This document shows positions 56,897 to 64,000 of a stretch of DNA of 64,000 nucleotides, one piece after another (the first letter of the stretch is position 1; the number at the start of each line of letters is the position of its first letter). This DNA is from an uncultured delta proteobacterium (GTDB lineage: Bacteria > Desulfobacterota > Binatia > UBA9968): assembly GCA_963727625.1 (NCBI GenBank), contig CAVSHR010000005.1, positions 64,001 to 128,000 on the forward strand, read 5' to 3'. The notes under the pieces are model-generated. The model searched no databases, was not told the DNA's origin, and saw nothing but the letters and a program-made list of their open reading frames with translations. Position numbers and translations under genes: made by a program.

Positions 56897-58597
56897 TCAG
56901 GCGAACCACTGCTTTTGCTTGAGGATATATTCCGCCGTGCGATAGCTCAACGCCGCCACCGTCGCCGTCGGCGGATAACCGGCCATGGTGGGAAACACCG
57001 ATGAGCCGACGATAAACAGATTCGCAATATCATGAGTCTGGCAATATTCGTTAACCACCGAGTTTTTCGGCTCGGCACCCATCCGGGTGCCGCCGGCCCA
57101 GCGGTTGGGACGGCCTTTTTCCTCAGTCCACACTTTGCTTGCACCGGTCGCCTTCATGATCTTCTCGCCGACGCCGGCCATGAATTTTTGCAAACGCCGC
57201 TCGTTCTGGTGGAACTCGAACGTAACTCTGGGCAACGGCAAACCCCAGCGGTCGCGATGACGTGGGTCGAGGTCGACGCGATTGTTGGGGTGCGGCAAGG
57301 TTTCCGGCTGCATGTTGAGATCCATCGTCCGACTGTAGTAGCGGGTGAAAAATTCTTTGAACTCTCTGCCCCAGGGCCGGACGTCGGGCGGCAACACATC
57401 GATTCTCGTCACCGGCGAGCCGTCACCGCTGGTGCCAATGGTACCGCCGCGAATGAAGCCCACCCCGGTGTGATCGAAGTTGTTGCCGTTGAAGTCGTCG
57501 ATGCGCATCGCCGCCGACCCCGGTCCGATGAAACCGTTGATGATGTAATCGTCGAATACACCCATGGCGCGCACATCACCGTGCGCCAAAATGTTGCGGC
57601 CGACGTAACCGCTGCTGTTGGCCATGCCTTTGGCAAATCGGCCTCGACCCGTCTTCGACAGCAGCAACAGACGCACATGCTCGAAAACAAAAGCGCTTAA
57701 GATGACCACCCGGGCTTGCTGTTCGTGCGGCCGGCCGTCGGCGTCGAAATAACTCACCCCCGTCACCTGCCCGTTACCATCGCTATTGATATGATAAACT
57801 TTCGCTTTAGTTTTGAGATCGAAATTACCGGTCTCAAGCGCCACAGGGATGACGGTATAAAGGGAAGCTGATTTGGCGTGGACATGGCAGCCGTAGAAAT
57901 TGCAATGGCCGCAGTAGACGCACGCCGGCCGCTCGGGAATGCGCGTGTCGAACGGCTCGGGCGGTCGATAAGGTTGGGAGAGAATACCAGCGGAAGTGTC
58001 GTAAGCGTGATAGCCCAATTTCGCGCATGCCGCGGCGAACAGCTTCATGCGTGCCGAGTGGCGCAGCGGCGGCAGCGGAAAACCGCGCTTGCGCGGCCCG
58101 GCGAACGGATTGGCCCCGGCCACGCCGGATACGCCGAACTCCCACTCAAATCGCTCATAGTAGGGTTCCAAGTCGTCGTAGCTGAGAGGCCAATCGATGA
58201 TATCGTAACCAGATAAATCCGCTCCGGCGCGCGCGGCGTTGCCGTTTTCAACCTCGTTGGTGAAAAGCTTGAAGTCGCCCGGCATATAGCGCGACGACTG
58301 TCCGGTCCAGTGCAGCAATGCGCCGCCGAGCACATTGAGCGGGCTGGTGCGATACTGCACTCTGGTCTTTTCGTCGGCCTTGCTCCGCGTCGTGGTGGGT
58401 TCGTCGCGCACCCACTCCAGCTGTTCGGGGCGGATAAGAAAACGAATCGAATCGCGCGGCGCGTAGTCTTCATGCTTGGGCGCTGGCCCGCGCTCGAAGC
58501 CTACGACCTTCAACCCGGCCGAGGCAAGTTCCTTCGCCATGATTCCACCCAATCCGCCAACGCCGACAATGCATACATCCGCGATTGTTTTGCTCAT
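56897..58597 (-). CDS. GMC family FAD oxidoreductase (gluconate 2-dehydrogenase alpha-like)
   Basis: GVGGLGG, LGGALLHW, CVYCGHC...C, GGTRMG, PPTATVAAL. Confidence 0.92.
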   Translation of the reverse strand: MSKTIADVCIVGVGGLGGIMAKELASAGLKVVGFERGPAPKHEDYAPRDSIRFLIRPEQLEWVRDEPTTTRSKADEKTRVQYRTSPLNVLGGALLHWTGQSSRYMPGDFKLFTNEVENGNAARAGADLSGYDIIDWPLSYDDLEPYYERFEWEFGVSGVAGANPFAGPRKRGFPLPPLRHSARMKLFAAACAKLGYHAYDTSAGILSQPYRPPEPFDTRIPERPACVYCGHCNFYGCHVHAKSASLYTVIPVALETGNFDLKTKAKVYHINSDGNGQVTGVSYFDADGRPHEQQARVVILSAFVFEHVRLLLLSKTGRGRFAKGMANSSGYVGRNILAHGDVRAMGVFDDYIINGFIGPGSAAMRIDDFNGNNFDHTGVGFIRGGTIGTSGDGSPVTRIDVLPPDVRPWGREFKEFFTRYYSRTMDLNMQPETLPHPNNRVDLDPRHRDRWGLPLPRVTFEFHQNERRLQKFMAGVGEKIMKATGASKVWTEEKGRPNRWAGGTRMGAEPKNSVVNEYCQTHDIANLFIVGSSVFPTMAGYPPTATVAALSYRTAEYILKQKQWFA

Positions 58598-59121
58598 GAT
58601 TTTTTTGCTTGGTTCTTGGCGGAGTCCACCGCGACGGGCTCCAGATCGACTCGTTGATTGATGTACGCATCGGTGTAACCGAACTGCTGGCCGGGGAAGT
58701 CCACCAAGCGCCAGCCAGTCATGTTCTCGTTGCCGCCGTACTGCGGCTCACAGAACACGCCTTCCAGGATATGATAACGCAGGGTCTCGAAAAACTCCGC
58801 GGCTCGTTTATAACCAACCACCGCACCGGATTCGAAATCGATCAAGATCGCGTCCTTTTGCTCGTCGGTCAATGCGATGAAATTGCGGCCGAAGTTGTTC
58901 TGCGCATGACGGTTGATAGCAAGCAGCCCCTGGCGGTAAAGCGCCAATAGACTGGCGTAGTCGCCCGCCAGGGCGACGTCGATGTATTCGAGCGCGCCGA
59001 TTTCCACGGCGCCCGGCGTATCGGTCTTGGGGAAAATCCGGTCGGCGACCGCTTCGAGAATAACCGCTTCATCCCCAGTTAAGATTTTGAATGCTCGAGG
59101 CTGGTGCTTGTTCGTAGGCAT
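58594..59121 (-). CDS. Gluconate 2-dehydrogenase subunit 3 family protein
   Basis: RIFPKTDTPGA, EGVFCEPQYGGN, GWRLVDFPG; no Tat motif seen. Confidence 0.9.
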   Translation of the reverse strand: MPTNKHQPRAFKILTGDEAVILEAVADRIFPKTDTPGAVEIGALEYIDVALAGDYASLLALYRQGLLAINRHAQNNFGRNFIALTDEQKDAILIDFESGAVVGYKRAAEFFETLRYHILEGVFCEPQYGGNENMTGWRLVDFPGQQFGYTDAYINQRVDLEPVAVDSAKNQAKKS

Positions 59122-59287
59122 CGGCGCGTTGAATCTCCTGTGCGAAGTTGTCCTTCCTCCATAGCAGAAATCGGCAGCAAAAAGGTAGCGGTAGCCGAGC
59201 CCGACCATCTACCCTAGACGCAATCAACTCGTTGCCTGCGGATAAATTTAAAAACAGGGAATGATTACGGCAAGTCCGTCATGATGT

Positions 59288-59869
59288 TCAGGTGACGGTC
59301 GGGTCGAATTGCTTGGGCAAGCGCTTAAGCCAAACTTTTTCAAAACAATCGAGCAATTTACCCGGCTCGGCTTCGACGATCATCAGCGCGCGGTGTTTCG
59401 GCTTGATAAAATCCTCCGCCACCGCGCGATCTAAGAATTCGATCAATGGGTCGTAGTAACCGCCCACGTTGAGCAGTCCACAGGGTTTCTCGTGCAATCC
59501 GAGCTGCGCCCAGCTCAGCACTTCGAAAAATTCTTCCATGGTGCCGATGCCGCCCGGCAGGGCGACAAAACCGTCGGACAGCTTGGCCATCAGCGCTTTG
59601 CGCGCGTGCATCGAGCCCACGACGTGCAGCTTCGAAAGGCCTCGATGCGCCACTTCCTTGCTGACCAAGGAATCCGGAATCACTCCGGTTACATTACCGC
59701 CAAGAGTCAAGACCGTATCGGCGATCACGGTCATCAAGCCGACATTGCCGCCGCCGTAAACTAGCGCCATATCACGGTTGACCAGAATTTCACCAAGCCG
59801 TCGCGCCGCGTCAGAATATTCGGCTGACGCGCCATGACGCGAACCTGTAAAAACACAAATTTTTCTCAT
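59288..59869 (-). CDS. LOG family nucleotide phosphoribohydrolase (TIGR00730-like)
   Basis: LVYGGG, MHARK, PGGIGTMEE. Confidence 0.93.
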   Translation of the reverse strand: MRKICVFTGSRHGASAEYSDAARRLGEILVNRDMALVYGGGNVGLMTVIADTVLTLGGNVTGVIPDSLVSKEVAHRGLSKLHVVGSMHARKALMAKLSDGFVALPGGIGTMEEFFEVLSWAQLGLHEKPCGLLNVGGYYDPLIEFLDRAVAEDFIKPKHRALMIVEAEPGKLLDCFEKVWLKRLPKQFDPTVT

Positions 59870-59952
59870 GTTCTGATTCGCCGAACTACAGTTGCAGCTG
59901 CTTACTCATGTTTTAACGGCAACTCTTGCGCCACTGTGGAAAGATGGAGAGT

Positions 59953-61584
59953 TTACTCTACCGCCGCAACCCTTTCCCGCGCGGCGCAGCCGTGCCGTAA
60001 GAGATCCAGTGCGCCGTCGGCGTCCGGTGCCATCACCACAGTGATGCGCATATAGGCTTCCAAACGCGTGGTCGCCGCCGGCACCCACTCCCGACCGTCC
60101 ACATGGCAACGCACCAACACGCAGCCCGAAGGCAAGCCAAGCTCGCGCACGAGCAGGCCGGCAAACGGTGAGTTTGGTTCGACCTCGAACTCCACGACGA
60201 TCGGCTCGTCGTGGCTGGCGCCGATGCCCTCGCGCGACAGGTCGCGTTCAAGCAGCGCTTCATAGATCGGGAAATCTTTTAGATACTCCGCCACCGCATA
60301 GGCGCAAAAGCTGGCGGCGAGAAGCGGCAGCATTTGCTCGTAGCTGCCGGTCATCTCGGTAATCAAGAGAATCCCCGTCAACGGCGCGCGCACGATCGCG
60401 GTGAAATAAGCGGCCATGCCGACCACCGCGAAGACGCCGGGTTCGGCGGCGAGAGCAGGCATGAAGATATGAACCATCCGGCCGACGCCCAAGCCGAGCA
60501 GAGCGCCCAGCGCCAGCAGCGGCGCAAAGATTCCGCCTGCCGCGCCGGTTCCATAGCTCGTCACCGTCAATCCGAAGCGTACGATAAACAACAGGGGAAT
60601 CGCCATGAGAGGGGTTTTGTTCATCAGCACGGTTTCGGCCAATTCATGACCGCCGCCGACCGCTAGCGGTGAAAACCACGCTAGCAGCCCGGCCGATGCG
60701 CCCACGGCGGCGCAAATACCGAGGCTCCAGTTCCGGGGAACCCGCGCCATCAAATTGAGGGTACCGAGCAGACCGCGATTATAAGCCACGCCGAGCAAGC
60801 CGGCAAAAACTCCAAGCAATGCAAACGCCGGCAGCGCCGATAACGGCGGCATCGCGTAGCTCGGCACGGTAAACACCGGCAGCTGCCCGGACACCGAGCG
60901 TGCCACCACATCCGCGGCGGCGGCGGCCACGAAAGAGGCGCCGAACACAGCCGGCCTAAAATCGCGTTGCATTTCTTCGAGGACGAAAGCCAATCCCGAC
61001 AGCGGCGCGTTGAACGCCGCCGCGAGCCCCGCCCCCGCGCCAGCCGCCGTCAGCGTCAAACGGTCTTGGGGCGAAACCTTCAAGCCGCGCGAGATGCCGT
61101 CAGCCACCGCTCCGCCCATCTGCACAGTCGGGCCCTCGCGGCCGAGCGCCAAACCACTGCCGATCGCCAACACGCCGCTAAACATCTTGACAACTAAAAC
61201 GCGGCCCCAGCTGAGATCGCGGAAGCGATGCAGGACCGCTTTGAGATGGGGGATGCCGCTGCCGCTCGCTTCCGGAGCGTATTGAAGCACCAGCGCCGTC
61301 GCAATCAACGCGCCGATGGCGCTGAACAGCATGGGAAAAATCCAGCCGAAAATCGGCACCGTGTAAGCCCAATGGATGAGCAGATTACGCAGGCCGTCGG
61401 CCGCTGCAAGCAAGGCGCGGAAGATAACCGCGATGCCGCCGGCGCAAAGCCCAACCAAGGCAGCGCGCGGGAACAGCTTGTGCCGTTCTTGACTGACCTC
61501 AAGATACTCTTGAATCTCGGATCTGGCTTCGACGCTGGCGTTTTTTAACGGAAGAGATTGGTTACCATCGGACTCTGTTTCCAT
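59953..61584 (-). CDS. clcA: ClC H+/Cl- exchange transporter with a C-terminal TrkA-C (RCK_C) domain
   Basis: GSGIP, GREGP (gating Glu), LEEM (proton Glu), GIFAP, RAPLTG; tail SPFAGLLVRELGLPSGCVLV. Confidence 0.9.
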   Translation of the reverse strand: METESDGNQSLPLKNASVEARSEIQEYLEVSQERHKLFPRAALVGLCAGGIAVIFRALLAAADGLRNLLIHWAYTVPIFGWIFPMLFSAIGALIATALVLQYAPEASGSGIPHLKAVLHRFRDLSWGRVLVVKMFSGVLAIGSGLALGREGPTVQMGGAVADGISRGLKVSPQDRLTLTAAGAGAGLAAAFNAPLSGLAFVLEEMQRDFRPAVFGASFVAAAAADVVARSVSGQLPVFTVPSYAMPPLSALPAFALLGVFAGLLGVAYNRGLLGTLNLMARVPRNWSLGICAAVGASAGLLAWFSPLAVGGGHELAETVLMNKTPLMAIPLLFIVRFGLTVTSYGTGAAGGIFAPLLALGALLGLGVGRMVHIFMPALAAEPGVFAVVGMAAYFTAIVRAPLTGILLITEMTGSYEQMLPLLAASFCAYAVAEYLKDFPIYEALLERDLSREGIGASHDEPIVVEFEVEPNSPFAGLLVRELGLPSGCVLVRCHVDGREWVPAATTRLEAYMRITVVMAPDADGALDLLRHGCAARERVAAVE

Positions 61585-61850
61585 TACACTCCGATTAGTT
61601 TAACGGATACGAGCACAAAATTCTACGGGGTTTGAAAAAAATCACCGCTCACGGAGGCAAAAGCCGATATTTTCGGCACCCCGTTAGCCGGCGAAAAAAG
61701 TTTTGTCGTCGCCAGTTGAGACTGAACAATCTCGGAAAGATCGCGAAACACCTCGACCACGCCTGCTGCTGCCGGCGTGCCGTCGGTTTCGAAAATCACC
61801 AAGCGCAGCGAGGTGCTCCGAAAATTTGACGGCGTGCTAGTGCGGCACGC

Positions 61851-62400
61851 TCATTTCCACAGTTTCTGAATAAACCCTTCTTTATCGAGTTCCTGAAAAA
61901 AACGCGCATCGATGAATTGCTCGGACTTGAGATCGGCGACGCGCGGATCGGTCTCGGCCATTTGATCCAGGACGGTCTTGAGCGACTCCGGCGACGGCCG
62001 CGGAATGCGCGGGATGTTGCGCAGGATATACATATCGTAAAGCTCGTCGAACACCGCCGAATCGCTGCTGCGCAGGTATTATTTCTTAATGGTGATCGCA
62101 GCAACCCGCTGGGTCTTGGCAAAGTGGACGCCCTCGACGAAGCCGCGGATAAATTTTCTCACCGTGTTTTCGTTGCGCTTGATGAACGAGCGCGTCGTCA
62201 CCGCCGAAGAAGTGGGAAAGTTGATACCCATCTTGGCGATATCCGACAGCTCGCGAAATCCTTCGCGCCGCCCGAGAATCGCCAGCTCAGCGTTAATGAC
62301 CGCGGCGTCCAGGGCGCCGGCGCCCAACGCGTTGAAGACATCGGTGACGCCGCCTACCTGGATCACGGCGAAATCGCGTTGGCGCTTGACCGGCCACTTC
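61851..62400 (-). pseudogene. NMT1/TauA-like substrate-binding protein remnant (5'-truncated, internal TAA)
   Basis: IQVGGVTD...TIKK*YLRSSD...ELDKEGFIQKLWK in one frame. Confidence 0.8.
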
Positions 62401-62448
62401 GGCCCGTGACAAGAGCTGTCGCAAAGATTCTTCCATCAACGAATGCAT

Positions 62449-62560
62449 TCAATGGTCGGCAAGCTCGAGCGCCCGACGCTCGGTGATTGGGTTCGGCACG
62501 GCGACGCAGAAGATCCCTGCGGCGCGCGCGGCGGTGACGCCGCCGGGCGGATCTTCATCA
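62449..62560 (-). pseudogene. HAD-family phosphatase C-terminal fragment
   Basis: EDPPGGVTAARAAGIFCVAVPNPIT...LADH resembles HAD motif IV and the C-terminus. Confidence 0.65.
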
Positions 62561-62661
62561 GCGCCTTGATCCTCGGAGAGATTAGTTAAGGCAAGCCCAA
62601 TGCCGTGGGGAAACTTTTCCCTGACCTTTACGAACACGAGCCACGATCGCGCACCACGACA

Positions 62662-63045
62662 TCAGGCCGCGCCCAGATCCGTTTTCCTTCCCGCCACTTT
62701 TTCAACCAGGTCTCTGAAGGTCGTATCGGGATCGCACTTCACGCTGAACGCGACGAGAAACAACGTAATTAGATCCTTGGCGTAAATCTCGTTATCGGCC
62801 CATTCGGCAATTTGGCTCAAAGTGTGCTCTGGCTTAAGCTGTTTGATTTTCATGCCGACGATTTCGGCCAGGCCGGCGGCAAGCTGCTGGGCTACCAAGC
62901 GCTTTTCAGGTGGAAATTCGAGCCGGATAAATGCGACCTCCAACGCCCAGTCGATCCCTTTCGGAGCGGGGCGAAAAATTACCCGGGCAAAAGTCATGCC
63001 CAGCAAGATCACGCCGATCAATAATAAATAAAGCGGTGACATCAT
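62662..63045 (-). CDS. Hypothetical membrane-anchored protein (acyl-carrier-protein-like pattern)
   Basis: N-terminal TM segment; LKPEHTL...F.V...TTFRDLVEKV. Confidence 0.6.
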   Translation of the reverse strand: MMSPLYLLLIGVILLGMTFARVIFRPAPKGIDWALEVAFIRLEFPPEKRLVAQQLAAGLAEIVGMKIKQLKPEHTLSQIAEWADNEIYAKDLITLFLVAFSVKCDPDTTFRDLVEKVAGRKTDLGAA

Positions 63046-63235
63046 CGACGTTGCGGAAGCAGCTTCAGAATTCGTTTACCAAAACGGCTCTCAACGTCAC
63101 CAGCGCGCCGACCGGATGCTCTGAAATCAATCGGTGCAACATCTCGATGCGCGGTTCCGCGAAATGTGCCGCAATATACATCGCCTTTAATCAGTGCAAG
63201 AACGGTTCCGATCTTGCTAATTCAGCGCCGTTGGC

Positions 63236-64000
63236 TCAGAGCCCCAACGCGCGCAAATCCAATTTTCCTCGCTGCATCGGCGGACACCAGAAATAACTCC
63301 CCGACACCGGCTGGGTAAATTTGAAGAGGGCGTCGGCGATGCCGTCTTCGGCGCCGACCATGCGCTTGAGTTGAGCTTCAAAGGCATCGAACGATTTGCC
63401 GAACGCGACGAAGTTGAGACCGCCGCGCGTGCCCTCAGCCCACGGCATCGACCGGCGCACGACAAAGGCTTCCGGTTCGAAGCTTTCCTGTGCCGTACGT
63501 TTGACATGCGACGAGGCTGGCGCGTTGGTCAATTCTTTGTCATCTTTCTTGCGCCGGCCGATCGCGTTATCCTGATCCTTCTTCTCCATTGCCTGAAAAG
63601 CGGCAAAATCATGGACCCACTGCTGGACGGCGACGAAGCTCGAACCATCCATGCCCGCCCCCAGGCCGCGCACGATCGCCGCGGCAACCGCCTTGTTTCC
63701 TTTGGGATTCTCGGTGCCATCGACATAGCCGGTCAGATCGCGGCCGGTGCCGAACATGAATGCATCGATCACCTCGTCGAGACGAAAAGCTGCGGCTACG
63801 GAATCGGCGACATTCCTCGACAGGTGTAATGAATCGCCGCGATCGTCGCCGCGCAGCCAGCACCACAGCGCCGAAGGCGTCGACGGCAAAACCAGACCGG
63901 CGCCAAACTGGGTCGGAAACGTGCGCAACCCCGCAATTTTCTTGCCCAACGCCAGCGCCGCCGGTTGGCCGACGCCGACGACGACTTTGCTGCCATCCGC
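63236..64000 (-). CDS. Dyp-type peroxidase, partial (5' end outside the window)
   Basis: DLTGYVDGTENP (GxxDG), QQWVHD, IGRRK, SHVKR, RRSMPW, GSYFWCPP. Confidence 0.93.
   Translation of the reverse strand, partial: ADGSKVVVGVGQPAALALGKKIAGLRTFPTQFGAGLVLPSTPSALWCWLRGDDRGDSLHLSRNVADSVAAAFRLDEVIDAFMFGTGRDLTGYVDGTENPKGNKAVAAAIVRGLGAGMDGSSFVAVQQWVHDFAAFQAMEKKDQDNAIGRRKKDDKELTNAPASSHVKRTAQESFEPEAFVVRRSMPWAEGTRGGLNFVAFGKSFDAFEAQLKRMVGAEDGIADALFKFTQPVSGSYFWCPPMQRGKLDLRALGL

Noticed and set aside
62079-62081. Stop-codon recoding in the SBP remnant
   Set aside because: The codon is TAA, not at a catalytic position, and the gene is also 5'-truncated.
63236-63270. Encapsulin-targeting peptide on DyP
   Set aside because: The C-terminus GKLDLRALGL follows the domain directly, with no linker or GSLxIGSL motif, and no encapsulin gene lies downstream.

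Overview
A GC-rich (roughly 55-60% by eye) bacterial chromosomal segment. Its gene content (several stand-alone NMT1/TauA-type solute-binding proteins, an amidohydrolase, tandem ThDP enzymes, AOR, small orphan proteins) resembles Candidatus Binatia / delta-proteobacteria-like MAGs; this is inference only. I saw no rRNA, tRNA, CRISPR array or intact prophage. Left to right the window holds: (1) a catabolic block (amidohydrolase, Zn-ADH, VOC, divergent AOR, decarboxylase-like protein, dienelactone hydrolase, two ThDP enzymes); (2) housekeeping and stress genes (TatD, SWIM, RAYT remnant, MscS, bfr, mutY, mtgA); (3) an apparent two-tier stress-regulatory system at about 24.7-36.9 kb; (4) asnS, aroG and MFS genes; (5) a glycosyl-glycerate osmolyte island (glycerate kinase, Ggs/Mgs-like GT, USP-USP-GpgS, GpgP) with an embedded Ntn amidotransferase, a cysteine hydrolase and two Gfo oxidoreductases; (6) a GMC oxidoreductase pair, LOG, ClC-RCK_C, several pseudogene scraps and a DyP. 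In the system at (3), a GAF-GAF-AAA+ activator faces a palindromic UAS, an IHF-like site and a sigma54 promoter that drive a STAS protein, an ECF sigma and a zinc anti-sigma. Six copies of one ECF-type promoter (RYAHCB-N16-YRTCTAA) precede a UGA-recoded UxxC redoxin-msrPQ operon, a second anti-sigma, glucose dehydrogenase, an aquaporin and a nucleotidyltransferase. Short-period (7-9 nt) repeat tracts recur at many gene ends.
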